A stretch of DNA of 44,154 nucleotides from a virus (Duplodnaviria; Caudoviricetes): positions 1-44,154 of the IMG/VR virus record IMGVR_UViG_3300033513_000018. One strand, written 5' to 3'. This document shows positions 17,783 to 26,965 of this stretch, in pieces. Position numbers and translations under genes: made by a program. Position 1 is the first letter of the stretch. Every line of letters starts with the position of its first letter. The notes beneath the pieces are model-generated. The model worked only from the letters and a program-made list of their open reading frames with translations. It had not been told where the DNA came from and did not search any database.

Positions 17783-18836
17783 GGTCGAGCCGGTGGCGGT
17801 GGAGCCGCTGACGGTGTATGTGGCCGGGGAGAATGTGCCCAGCCGGCCGGGTGAGCGGCAGACGCTGGCGGGCTCGGGGGCGCTGGTGCCAGTGCGGGAG
17901 CCAACGATCGAGGAGATGCTGGCAGCATTCGAGGCGTGGATGCGGCTGGACGTGGCGGAGGGGAATGGGTCGCCGCAGACGCTGCGGGCGTATTTCGGCG
18001 ATGTGAAGCAGCATCTGGAATGGTTGGCGGAGCAGGGGTTGCGGCCGGCGCAAGCGGGCGAGGAAGACCTGAAAGCATTCCGCGCACACCTGGTGGACGG
18101 GTATGCGGTGACGACGGCGGGGCGGAAGCTGGCCAGCGTGCGGCGGTTCTATGAGATGGCCAGGGCGCGGGGGCTGATCACGCAGAACCCGGTGGCGGGG
18201 CTGAAGGCGCCGTCGGATAGGACGGCGCGGGAGGAGCGGATCAAGTACTTGACGCTGGAGCAGGCGCGGCGGGTGCTGGCGCTGCCCAATGTGAATACGC
18301 CGAAGGGGATCAGGGATAAGACAATCTTAGTGCTGATGGCGTTGCACGGGCTGCGGGTAATTGAGGTTCATCGGCTGTCGTTGGAGGATGTGGACCTGGA
18401 GGCGGAGGAGGCGGGGACGCTGCGGCTGTTCGGGAAGGGGAATAAGCATCGCACGATTCTGTTGACGGTGGAGACGCGGGAGATTATGGAGCGGTGGCTG
18501 GCGGCACGGGCGTTGACGCGCTCGGACTCGCCGGCCGTTTTCGTGACGATGCATTGGACGGATGCCGCGGTAGAGCCCGGGCAGCGGATCAGTACACGGG
18601 GGATCCGGCAGATGGTGGATGGGTATCTGCGGGCGGCGGGGGTGAAGAAGCCGAGGGTATCGTGCCACTCGTTGCGGCACTCGTATGCGACGCTGAGTTT
18701 AGCGGCGGGAGCGTCGCTGTTGGCGATCAGTGGGAGCCTGGGGCATTCGTCGGTGACGACGACGCAGGTGTACGCGAAGATCGTGGATAAGGCGCGGAGT
18801 AACCCGGCGAAGTTGCTCGTCGGGTTGTTGGATTAG
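17733..18836 (+). CDS. XerC/D-like tyrosine recombinase (second recombinase)
   Basis: SPQTLRAY N-domain; GLRVIE, GKGNKHR, HSLRHSYA, LGHSSVTTTQVY with a full catalytic set. Confidence 0.9.
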   Translation: MSNTRSWVDERPIRVIEVEPVAVEPLTVYVAGENVPSRPGERQTLAGSGALVPVREPTIEEMLAAFEAWMRLDVAEGNGSPQTLRAYFGDVKQHLEWLAEQGLRPAQAGEEDLKAFRAHLVDGYAVTTAGRKLASVRRFYEMARARGLITQNPVAGLKAPSDRTAREERIKYLTLEQARRVLALPNVNTPKGIRDKTILVLMALHGLRVIEVHRLSLEDVDLEAEEAGTLRLFGKGNKHRTILLTVETREIMERWLAARALTRSDSPAVFVTMHWTDAAVEPGQRISTRGIRQMVDGYLRAAGVKKPRVSCHSLRHSYATLSLAAGASLLAISGSLGHSSVTTTQVYAKIVDKARSNPAKLLVGLLD

Positions 18837-18856
18837 TTCACATAGGAGGTCGGGAG

Positions 18857-19684
18857 ATGGACGAGCAAGCGAAGGTGATCGCGAGGATGCGGGAGGAGTT
18901 GGCGGCCAGGGAGCGGGAGCGGGCCGCGCGGGAAGCAGAAGGGCGGCTAGCTGTGGAACTGGAAGAGCAAGTCCAGAGGGCTCAGCGCATCCTTGAGATG
19001 CGGGATGTGTGCGAGAAGGTCCTGGGGCGGGAGGTACTGGAGGCGCTGGGGATTGAGATCCTGTCAGGAGGGGTCAAGTTCGTGTACCGGGGTCGGGAGA
19101 CCATGTGGCAGATCCACAAGCTTCACGTGGGAGATCCTGAGTACAGGAAGACGGTGGAGGCCGCCATCGTCAAGTTCTGCGATGAAACTGACGAGTTACG
19201 GGCAAAGGCGGACGCTTTGATAGCGGGGTTCCAGGCTGTGCAGACATTGGCGGAATATCGGGCGTTTGATGATGAGGTGCCGTGGAATCTGCAGGACTAT
19301 GTTGCTGAGGCGGCGCGGATCGCCTGGGAACGGGTGGAGGAGGCGGAGGCGGAACGGGAAGCGCAGCGGGTGGCGTTGGAGGAGGAGGCGTTCTATCCGT
19401 TCGTGTACTATCGGGTTTACAATGCGATGGTGGCCAACAGCGACGATGGCGAGCACTTCATAGACTATCATGTGTTGGACTCGCTGACCGGTCATTGTGT
19501 CCCAGGAGGCTGGTGGGTATCGGCACATTGCTATGATCTGCAGCGTCCAACGGAACTAAAAAACGTCTACAAGGTGGAACGTGTTGAGGTGTGTACTGTG
19601 GAGGAGTTGCCGGCCTGGTGTCCGAAGCAGGAAACGGCGTTCGGGCAGATCCGGATCCCGCCGGCGGGGGCGGAACGGCTGTGA
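18857..19684 (+). CDS. Hypothetical protein (coiled-coil N-terminus)
   Basis: 275-aa ORF with GGAGG RBS. Confidence 0.65.
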   Translation: MDEQAKVIARMREELAARERERAAREAEGRLAVELEEQVQRAQRILEMRDVCEKVLGREVLEALGIEILSGGVKFVYRGRETMWQIHKLHVGDPEYRKTVEAAIVKFCDETDELRAKADALIAGFQAVQTLAEYRAFDDEVPWNLQDYVAEAARIAWERVEEAEAEREAQRVALEEEAFYPFVYYRVYNAMVANSDDGEHFIDYHVLDSLTGHCVPGGWWVSAHCYDLQRPTELKNVYKVERVEVCTVEELPAWCPKQETAFGQIRIPPAGAERL

Positions 19685-19688
19685 GAGA

Positions 19689-19716
19689 GGTTCCGATAAG
19701 AGGTGTACTAGGAAGA
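19689..19716 (-). other. dif-like site 6 (reverse): GGTTCCGATAA gaggtg TACTAGGAAGA
   Basis: Consensus match, 4 bp after a stop codon. Confidence 0.75.
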
Positions 19717-19754
19717 CAACAACGGATTAGGAAAACAACGGATGGGAGGTTGCG

Positions 19755-20117
19755 GTGGACGAGTTTTGCGGGACGATGGGAGAGGAAGCGCGGTACGAGT
19801 TGGGGGATGCGATTTCGCTGGAGGAGTTGCGGGTGGCGGCGGAGGCGGCGACGGGGCGACAGGCGCTGCTGCTCCAGGCGTGTCACCCGAGCCCAGGTAC
19901 CCGGCTTGCGGTGGTGAGACCTCGGATGGAGAAGGCCAAGTTGGAGGAGGTCATTGAGCGGGCGCTGCGGAACTGGATCGGGATCTGCCACAGTGAGGCG
20001 TGTATAGCCCGGATGCAGCGGGCGAGGCAAAGGGTGATTGAGCAGTGCGACGCTGATTATGAGGATGCGCTGCAGGCGTACCGGCAGATCGTGGGCAAGG
20101 AGCCAACGACGCAATGA
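19755..20117 (+). CDS. Hypothetical protein
   Basis: GGAGG RBS. Confidence 0.55.
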   Translation: MDEFCGTMGEEARYELGDAISLEELRVAAEAATGRQALLLQACHPSPGTRLAVVRPRMEKAKLEEVIERALRNWIGICHSEACIARMQRARQRVIEQCDADYEDALQAYRQIVGKEPTTQ

Positions 20118-20365
20118 TCAACTGTCGATGCTGGATAGAGACGGAGTTCAAGGACCCGGGGAGAGGGGGTGAGGTGATGCGGGAGTTGTGGGAGACGATG
20201 CGGGATGCATGGCGGGAGGGGGATTGGATCGGGCACCTGCGCGCGTGGTGGGCGGTCGCAGTGGGACGGGTGACGGCTGAGACGCGGGCGGGGTGGCCGG
20301 TGGGATTCGGGACGCAGTGGATAACATCGGCTGATGAGGAGTGCCCAGACTGCCTGAGCGAGTAA
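20114..20365 (+). CDS. Hypothetical protein (start uncertain)
   Basis: ATGA overlap; alternative start near 20177. Confidence 0.4.
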   Translation: MINCRCWIETEFKDPGRGGEVMRELWETMRDAWREGDWIGHLRAWWAVAVGRVTAETRAGWPVGFGTQWITSADEECPDCLSE

Positions 20366-20370
20366 CGGTC

Positions 20371-20400
20371 CGGGGCCGGCCTGTGGGCAGGCCGGCCCCG
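20371..20400 (+). terminator. GC-rich hairpin CGGGGCCGGCCTG-TGGG-CAGGCCGGCCCCG
   Basis: Perfect 13-bp stem after a stop; no U-tract. Confidence 0.5.
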
Positions 20401-20476
20401 TGGGTGGGTCGGGAGTAAAGGGACCCTGTCAGTATTATACGCGGTTTTTTAAGAATTGCAAGAGGGGGTGGAGGAA

Positions 20477-21448
20477 ATGAACATCGGTGTGAACGTGGGG
20501 TACAGTGCGGTCAAGGCGGTGTGTGGGGAGCGGCGGGTGACGTTTCCCTCGGTGGTGGGGACTCCAGATAAGGCGGCATTCAGTCTGAACGGGGATTCGG
20601 CGCTGGTGCTGGTTCAGCCGGCGCATGTGCTGGTGGGGGACGAGGCAGTGGAGCAAAGCCGCTTCATTTATCCTCGTGAGGATAGGGCCTGGATCGAGAG
20701 CGAGGAGTGGACCTATCTGTTCGTGACGGCGTTGACGGAACTGTCCAGCACGCCACACGATTCGGCGGTGCGCGTGGTCACGGGGCTGCCGGTGGCGTTC
20801 TATAGTGACGCGGAGAAGTTGGCTGGTCGGTTGTTGGGTGACCATCGGGTGCAGCGGGAGGGGCGTCAGGCGCAATTGTTCCACATTGCAGATGTGCGCG
20901 TAGTGCCAGAGGCGTTTGGGACGGTCTTTGCGGCAGCGTTCAACGATCAGGGCAAGGCGGTGGATCAGGCTCTGCTGACGGGAACGGTGGGTGTGATTGA
21001 CCTCGGCGGGAAAACGACGAATCTGTTGAGTGTGAGACGGTGCTCACAGGTCAACCGTGAGACGGCCAGTGTGAACGTGGGAGCCTGGGCAGCAGTTCGA
21101 GCGGTACAGGCGGAATTGGCGCAAAGGTTCCCAGGACTGGAGGAACTGCGGGCGCACCAGGTGATGGACGCGGTCATCGCGCGTAAGGTGCGGTATTACG
21201 GTGATGACGTAGATCTGCGGGGGATAGTGGAGGATACGCTGAGGCCACTAGCCAAGCAGGTGTTGGCTGAGGCAACGAGACTATGGAACGGCGGGGCCAC
21301 GTTGGACAGGATCCTGGTAGCGGGCGGGGGGGCGTTGCTGTTGGGATCGTATATTGAGGAGCATTTCCCTCACGCTCAGGTGATCCCGGATCCGGTTTTT
21401 GCGAATGCGCTCGGGTTCTGGCGGTTCGGGCAGCGTGTATGGCGGTAG
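20477..21448 (+). CDS. parM: ParM/StbA actin-like partition ATPase
   Basis: IGVNVGYSAVK (phosphate 1), VVPEAFG, VIDLGGKTTN (phosphate 2), VAGGGA, PVFANALGF. Confidence 0.9.
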   Translation: MNIGVNVGYSAVKAVCGERRVTFPSVVGTPDKAAFSLNGDSALVLVQPAHVLVGDEAVEQSRFIYPREDRAWIESEEWTYLFVTALTELSSTPHDSAVRVVTGLPVAFYSDAEKLAGRLLGDHRVQREGRQAQLFHIADVRVVPEAFGTVFAAAFNDQGKAVDQALLTGTVGVIDLGGKTTNLLSVRRCSQVNRETASVNVGAWAAVRAVQAELAQRFPGLEELRAHQVMDAVIARKVRYYGDDVDLRGIVEDTLRPLAKQVLAEATRLWNGGATLDRILVAGGGALLLGSYIEEHFPHAQVIPDPVFANALGFWRFGQRVWR

Positions 21449-21481
21449 TTGTTAGAAGTTAACAACCAAAAGTTAACAACT
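21447..21481. promoter_or_regulatory. AT-rich AAGTTAACAAC direct repeats (candidate parC/operator)
   Basis: Copies at 21456-21466 and 21470-21480 plus a partial inverted copy, between parM and the parR-like gene. Confidence 0.5.
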
Positions 21482-21769
21482 ATGGCAAGCAAGACGTACG
21501 TGACGATTTCGTTCAATACGGAAGGGGACCGGGACATTCTGCGCTGGTTGGAGCGGCAGGAGAATCGCAGCGCGGCAGTGCGGGATGTGATCCGGGAGCA
21601 CTTGGGGCAGGGCGGGGTGACGATTGGCCACGTGTACCGAGCGATTCAGGACCTAGAACGGAAGTTGCAAGCGGGGCTGGTGGTCAGGCCGGGCGATGAC
21701 GGGGGGAAGTTGGATTCGGATGTGCCGGCGGATATAGCGGCGGCGCTGGATGCGCTGGGAAAGGTGTAG
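21482..21769 (+). CDS. ParR-like ribbon-helix-helix adaptor
   Basis: VTISFNTEGDRDILRWLERQENRSAAVRDVIRE with acidic C-tail; directly after parM. Confidence 0.7.
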   Translation: MASKTYVTISFNTEGDRDILRWLERQENRSAAVRDVIREHLGQGGVTIGHVYRAIQDLERKLQAGLVVRPGDDGGKLDSDVPADIAAALDALGKV

Positions 21770-21776
21770 GTGGAAG

Positions 21777-21980
21777 ATGGCGCTGTTGGTGGGAGCGGTG
21801 GAAATGGTGATGGTGGAGGCGGGGGAATTGGCGCGGCTGCGGCTGATCGAGGCGGCGGCGCGGGCGGCGGCAGAGGCGGCGCGTTGGGCGCTGGCGGATG
21901 AGCCGGGGAAGCGGGTGTTTGAGGCGCGGATGGTGCTGCTGCTAGAGGTGGCCGGGCAGGGCACGGATGCGCAGGATTAA
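21777..21980 (+). CDS. Hypothetical protein
   Basis: Short ORF in operon. Confidence 0.4.
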   Translation: MALLVGAVEMVMVEAGELARLRLIEAAARAAAEAARWALADEPGKRVFEARMVLLLEVAGQGTDAQD

Positions 21981-22002
21981 CGGATAGGAGGAGGGAGCGG
22001 CA

Positions 22003-22587
22003 ATGGATGCGAAAGAACTGAGAGAGAGACTGGAGCGGTGGCTGGCGCAGAACTCGGGGTATGAGGAGCGGTCATATCTCGGGATGAGCCAGATTTTTCA
22101 ATGTCCCGCCAATCTGTATGATCAGGTGGTGGATGGGCGGGAGGAGTTTCAGGGGCGCGCAGCCCGCATGTGCTACGAGGGATATTTGCATGAGCGGGAT
22201 ATGATCGCGCGGCTGGTGGACTGCGGGCTGTACGAGGAGGCGGGGGAATTGGTGGCGCCGTGGGACGAGCGGTTCAGGGGGCATCCGGATGGGCAGGTGG
22301 ATGGGGATGTGCTGGAGGTGAAGTCGGTGACGGCCGCCAAGTTCGAGGAGGTGCGGAAGTCGAACCGGGCCTTGCAACACCATTACGAGCAGGTTCAAAT
22401 CTATCTGCTGTATGGGCGGTGGGAGCGGGGGGTGATCGTTTATAAGTGCCGGGAGACGGGGGAGATCAGGCCGATCGTAGTGTGGCCTCATCCTCCAACG
22501 CAGGCACGGTTGGAGGAGAAGGCGAAGGCGGTGCTGGCGGCGGTGGATGCGGGGGTGCGGCCGAAGTGTGAGTGTGGGCGGCACTAG
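22003..22587 (+). CDS. Cas4-like PD-(D/E)XK exonuclease
   Basis: SQIFQCP, GYLHE, GHPDG..LEVKS, QVQIY, C-terminal CECG. Confidence 0.8.
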   Translation: MDAKELRERLERWLAQNSGYEERSYLGMSQIFQCPANLYDQVVDGREEFQGRAARMCYEGYLHERDMIARLVDCGLYEEAGELVAPWDERFRGHPDGQVDGDVLEVKSVTAAKFEEVRKSNRALQHHYEQVQIYLLYGRWERGVIVYKCRETGEIRPIVVWPHPPTQARLEEKAKAVLAAVDAGVRPKCECGRH

Positions 22588-22680
22588 GACGGGAACGTGG
22601 AAGGACGGGAACGCGGATGAACGCAGACAACCGCAGATGAACGCGGATGGAACCACGGATAGGGAAATACACGATGGGAT

Positions 22681-22708
22681 GGTTCCGAGTAGAGGGGTTA
22701 TCGGAAGT
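22681..22708 (+). other. dif-like site 7: GGTTCCGAGTA gagggg TTATCGGAAGT
   Basis: Best consensus copy. Confidence 0.8.
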
Positions 22709-22741
22709 GAAACGTGAAGGGTGAAACGTGGGGGAGCAACG

Positions 22742-24013
22742 ATGATTCCAGAGGCTGATCAGATTCAGGCGATTGGGAATGCGGTAGCCGGCTATGGGCT
22801 GGTGACGTCGCTGTCGTCGGAGTATGAGCGGGTGTGGCGGGCGCGCGATTTTAGTGCGCCGTGGAAGAAGCTGGCGCTGGCGGTGCTGGAGGCGGAGCCG
22901 GGGGAGGAACGGGCCTGGTTGGAAGCGGCAGCAGCGGAGTTGACGGGTGGCCAGGCGCTGCTGGAGCGGGTCCTGGCGGTGGCGCCGCCGGTGCGGTTCC
23001 CGTCCTTGGAGGAGGTGGCCGAGCGGCTACGGCCGATTGAGTGGTTGTGGCCGGAGTGGATCCCGCTGGGGATGATCAGTCTGTTGGGGGCAGTGCCGGG
23101 GGCGGGGAAGTCGTTCCTGGCGCTCGACCTGGCACGGAGGATCATTGCGAATGAGGGGTTCCCAGATGGGGCGGTGGTCCCGGCCCCGTCGGCGCGGGTG
23201 ATTTATGTGGACGCGGAGGCGGTGCCGCAGTTGATCAATCAGCGGGTGGAAGCGTGGGGGATGGATAAGAGCCGGTTGTTCCTGATGCTGCCGACGACGG
23301 AGCGGATGTTTATTGATTTTTCGGAGGAGGAGGATCGAGAGCACTTGATGACGATGGCGACACGGCTGGCACCGGGCCTGGTGGTGATTGATTCGTTGTC
23401 GTCCATCAGCAGCAAGGGCGAGAACGACGTGCAGGACGTGCGGGGTATTATGGCATTTTTGAATCTGGTGGCACGGGAGAACCGGTGCGGGCTGCTGCTG
23501 ATCCATCATCTGAAAAAAGCCAACAATCGGGAGCGGGACGGGATGGTGGGGATCGAGGACTTACGGGGGTCGGGGCACATTGTGGCCATTGCCAGGTCGG
23601 TGCTGGGGTTGAGTGTGGTGCAGACGGGGCCGAAGTTCGACAGGAACGGCCCACGGCGGCTGGAGATCATTAAGACGAACTTGACGGGGTACCCGGCGCC
23701 GATTGGGGTGGAGTTTGTGGCGATGGGGGATGGGGTGGAGTTGCGGTATGGGGAGCCTCCAGTGTTGTATAAGCGGCAGACGTTGGGGGAGGAGTGCGAG
23801 GATTGGCTGTTGCAGTATCTGGAGGAGATGGGGGAGGTCAGGCCGAAGGTGATCGTAGTGGCAGGTAGAGAGAAGGGATTCAGCCGGGCGATGATTTACC
23901 GGGCACGTGAGGATTTGGGAGCTGCGATTGGGGATTCTCTTGGCTGTCAAAACCCAAAAAACTGTTGGAGATTGACGGAGATGGATGGGGATGAAGAGGG
24001 GGACGAGGGCTAA
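22742..24013 (+). CDS. RepA/AAA_25 RecA-family replicative helicase
   Basis: IEWLWPEWIPLG, Walker A GVPGAGKS-type (GAVPGAGKS), VIYVDAE, LVVIDS, IHHLKK, LRGSG. Confidence 0.85.
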   Translation: MIPEADQIQAIGNAVAGYGLVTSLSSEYERVWRARDFSAPWKKLALAVLEAEPGEERAWLEAAAAELTGGQALLERVLAVAPPVRFPSLEEVAERLRPIEWLWPEWIPLGMISLLGAVPGAGKSFLALDLARRIIANEGFPDGAVVPAPSARVIYVDAEAVPQLINQRVEAWGMDKSRLFLMLPTTERMFIDFSEEEDREHLMTMATRLAPGLVVIDSLSSISSKGENDVQDVRGIMAFLNLVARENRCGLLLIHHLKKANNRERDGMVGIEDLRGSGHIVAIARSVLGLSVVQTGPKFDRNGPRRLEIIKTNLTGYPAPIGVEFVAMGDGVELRYGEPPVLYKRQTLGEECEDWLLQYLEEMGEVRPKVIVVAGREKGFSRAMIYRAREDLGAAIGDSLGCQNPKNCWRLTEMDGDEEGDEG

Positions 24014-24114
24014 CTGTCTCACTGTTGCAACTGTATCACTGTCTCACGGGGGAATTGGGGGGGGTGTCAAAAACAGTGAGACAGTTGAGATAGTGAGACA
24101 GTTGAGATAGTTGA
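24012..24114. repeat. Inverted iteron-like arrays (putative replication origin)
   Basis: ACTGTCTC-type repeats at 24012-24046 facing TGAGA(C/T)AGT repeats at 24077-24114, immediately after the helicase. Confidence 0.65.
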
Positions 24115-24120
24115 GCACGG

Positions 24121-25431
24121 ATGGGGGAGGATCGGCAGATGGTGAATCTGGAGATGATCGGGCGGGGGATGCGGTGGCACGATCTGACGCTGGAGCAGGC
24201 GAAGCCGCTTGAGTATAAGATGAAGTGGGCGACGGAGGCGATCGAGACGGCGTTGGCGGTGGGGCAACGGCCGGCGCTGGCGTTTTCGGGCGGGAAAGAT
24301 TCGACGGTATTATTGCATCTGCTGCTGATGCGGTTTCGGAGTCAGGCGCAGGAGATGCCGATTATCTACGGCAACACGGGGATGGAGTTCGCGGAGTGTA
24401 TTCAGTTCGTGCGGCGGATGGCGGATGAGTGGAGGTTGGATCTGCACGAGGCCCGGCCGGGGAAGACGGAGGAGGCGGGGTTCAAGTACACGGCGCAGCG
24501 GCGGATCTGGGAGCGCCTGGTGCAGTGCGGGCGGATACAGAGAGTGTTGAAGCCGGATGGGAAGTTAAAGTCCACCCGGCACCTGGAGTTGGAATGCCCG
24601 GTGGACCTGCGGCGGCAGTTGGAGGAGGAGCGGTTGGTATGGCCGGCGGGGACGCGGCAGTCGTATTGGTGGTGTGCGGATCAGTACGGGTGGCCACTGT
24701 TGGGGAAGGCGTGGTCGCGGTTGACGGCGCACCGAATCAATATAGATACGTTCCTGAGATTTTCGGCGAGCCAGAGCCAGGACGAGACGCTGCTGGCGTA
24801 TTATGACGTCTTGCGGCAGGTGAAGATTTCGCAGCATTGTTGCGAGGCGCTGAAGAAGGAACCGGCGCGACGGATGCAGCGGGAGTTGGGGGTGGATCTG
24901 ATCTTCAAGGGGCTGATGGCCTCGGAGAGCAGGTCGCGGGCGAAGAATTTCCTGTCGCGCGGGTATGTGTTTGAGGGGGCGAAGCAAGATTATCTGGGTG
25001 AGCGGGCGTTCTTTCATTGCCAGCCGTTGGCGATCTGGACAGAAAAGAATATCTGGGACTATATCGAGCGGTACCAGGTGCCGTACGCGCCGCTGTATGA
25101 TATGGAGTACGTGGCGCTGGATGGGAGCCGGCAGCACATTCGGCGGAATGGGTGCATCGGTTGCGGGACGGATTTTGGATTCAAGAACAATCACTTGTAC
25201 GTGCTCCGCCAGACGCACCGACGGGCATGGGAGACGATTATGCGGGCGGGGATGGCGCGGGAGATCCGGAATTTGCAGCGGGCGATGCGAGCGAATCAGT
25301 TGACACTATGGGATGCGTTCGAGCCAGAGGAGCTGATCGAGGCGCAGCCGTGTGTGCTGGATGATCTGGATGGCCTCGGGGGGCGGGATGGGGGACTGGA
25401 GTTGGCGTACGATGCGGAGGTGGAGGGATGA
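24121..25431 (+). CDS. PAPS reductase family protein (PP-loop)
   Basis: AFSGGKDSTVL, NTGMEF, HCCEALKKEP, PLAIWT..IWDYI, RNGCIGC. Confidence 0.85.
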   Translation: MGEDRQMVNLEMIGRGMRWHDLTLEQAKPLEYKMKWATEAIETALAVGQRPALAFSGGKDSTVLLHLLLMRFRSQAQEMPIIYGNTGMEFAECIQFVRRMADEWRLDLHEARPGKTEEAGFKYTAQRRIWERLVQCGRIQRVLKPDGKLKSTRHLELECPVDLRRQLEEERLVWPAGTRQSYWWCADQYGWPLLGKAWSRLTAHRINIDTFLRFSASQSQDETLLAYYDVLRQVKISQHCCEALKKEPARRMQRELGVDLIFKGLMASESRSRAKNFLSRGYVFEGAKQDYLGERAFFHCQPLAIWTEKNIWDYIERYQVPYAPLYDMEYVALDGSRQHIRRNGCIGCGTDFGFKNNHLYVLRQTHRRAWETIMRAGMAREIRNLQRAMRANQLTLWDAFEPEELIEAQPCVLDDLDGLGGRDGGLELAYDAEVEG

Positions 25432-26021
25432 AGCTGGAGCAGATGCGGCTGGTGGGGATGAGGGTGGTGGAGGCGATGGCGCCGGGGTGTGAGCGGATCA
25501 GTATCGCCGGGTCGGTGAGGCGGCGGAAGGCGGAGCCGAAGGACCTGGAGATCGTGTACATCGCTCAGATGGTGGAGCGGCGGAAGGATCTGTTTACGGC
25601 GGAGGTGGTGCCGGCGACGGAGGGGCTGGTTATTGAGTTGATGGCCAGCGGGTTCTGGCGGCTGGATACAGAAGTGAAGCGGAATGGGCCGCTATATAAG
25701 CGGATGGTGATGCGGGCGAGTTCTCGCGGACCGGATGAGGTGGTGGTGGAGTTGTTCCGGGCGGAGGTGGGGAACTGGGGGCTGCAGTTGGCGCTGCGGA
25801 CGGGGCCGGCGGAGTTCAACCATTTGTTGGTGACGCCGCGGAGCCAGAGGGGGGCGATGCCGGCGGGGATGAGGATGGCGGGGGGATGGCTGTGGAGGGG
25901 GGAGGAGCGGTTGGAGAGTGGGACGGAGGAGGAGTTTTTCGGGCAGGTGGGGGTGCCGTGCTGGGAGCCGGGGGAGAGGTCGGAGGAGAGGTTAGAGGAA
26001 TGGTTGCGGGAACAGCGGTGA
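25428..26021 (+). CDS. DNA polymerase X family (truncated palm/thumb) nucleotidyltransferase
   Basis: IAGSVRRRK..KDLEIV, LRTGPAEFN, TEEEFF..P.ER. Confidence 0.8.
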   Translation: MKLEQMRLVGMRVVEAMAPGCERISIAGSVRRRKAEPKDLEIVYIAQMVERRKDLFTAEVVPATEGLVIELMASGFWRLDTEVKRNGPLYKRMVMRASSRGPDEVVVELFRAEVGNWGLQLALRTGPAEFNHLLVTPRSQRGAMPAGMRMAGGWLWRGEERLESGTEEEFFGQVGVPCWEPGERSEERLEEWLREQR

Positions 26022-26965
26022 CGGCGATTCAGATGTGTTGCGGGGCGGGAGGCAGCACATTGGGATTCGAGAGAGCGGGGATCGAGACTGTATTGGCGTT
26101 CGATGTGGATCCTATGATGATCGAGATGCACAGAGCGAACTTTCCAGCTCAGCGGAGTGAGATACTGGACATTCGGGCGGTACATCATTGTAGGTTGCCA
26201 GAGGCAAACATCTGGGTATGCGGAATCCCGTGTGAGCCCTTCAGTGCGGCGGGTTTGCGGTTAGGGCACTCTGACGCACGGGATATTTCGTTCGAGGTGG
26301 TTCGGCTGATCGGCGAGATCGCTGATCATCCACAGCCCGACTATATCTTCCTCGAAAATGTTCCATTGTTTCGGGGATCGAGGGCAGCGGCGCAGATCAG
26401 GACGGCGCTGGTGGATGTAGGATTCACTCACGTATTAGAAGCGATTTTTCTCTACGCGGATTATGGGATATGCCAGATGCGCCGGCGGTGGCACATTATC
26501 GCCAGCAGGCGGGCACCTACGCCCACACCTGAGCCGACGCACAGTGAGAATGCGGACTTATTCGGCCGGCTGCCCTGGATTCGGTTCGGGCAGATTCGGG
26601 ATGGGACGGGGAGCCAATATGCGAGCGCGAAGGCGCTCAAGGGGATATTCAGGAGTGCGTACTCGCCACAGATTGTGGACGATGACGATATGTTGCCGAC
26701 CGTGGTGTCGGCCTGGCGGGCGCGGATCAATGGAACAGCGCCGCTGATTTATTGTGACGGTAAATTGAGGCCACCTACGCTGCTAGAGGCGGCGCGGGCG
26801 CAAGGGTTTCCAGAAGGGTTTGTTTTACTAGGAGATCTGACTACACGCTGGAAGGCCGTGGGGCAGGCGATGGCGCCAGCGTTCGTGGAGGCCGTGGGGA
26901 AGGCTATCAGCAGTTCTGATAAGAGGGCTACTGGGAACGAGAAGTTGGGGGTGGAGGATGAGTAG
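26018..26965 (+). CDS. C5 cytosine DNA methyltransferase
   Basis: MCCGAGG (motif I variant), GIPCEPFS, FLENV, Q.RRR, EAARAQGFP. Confidence 0.9.
   Translation: MTAIQMCCGAGGSTLGFERAGIETVLAFDVDPMMIEMHRANFPAQRSEILDIRAVHHCRLPEANIWVCGIPCEPFSAAGLRLGHSDARDISFEVVRLIGEIADHPQPDYIFLENVPLFRGSRAAAQIRTALVDVGFTHVLEAIFLYADYGICQMRRRWHIIASRRAPTPTPEPTHSENADLFGRLPWIRFGQIRDGTGSQYASAKALKGIFRSAYSPQIVDDDDMLPTVVSAWRARINGTAPLIYCDGKLRPPTLLEAARAQGFPEGFVLLGDLTTRWKAVGQAMAPAFVEAVGKAISSSDKRATGNEKLGVEDE
26912..26939 (-). other. dif-like site 8 (reverse): AGTTCTGATAA gagggc TACTGGGAACG
   Basis: Consensus match in the non-conserved C-tail of the MTase, just before ftsK. Confidence 0.7.
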
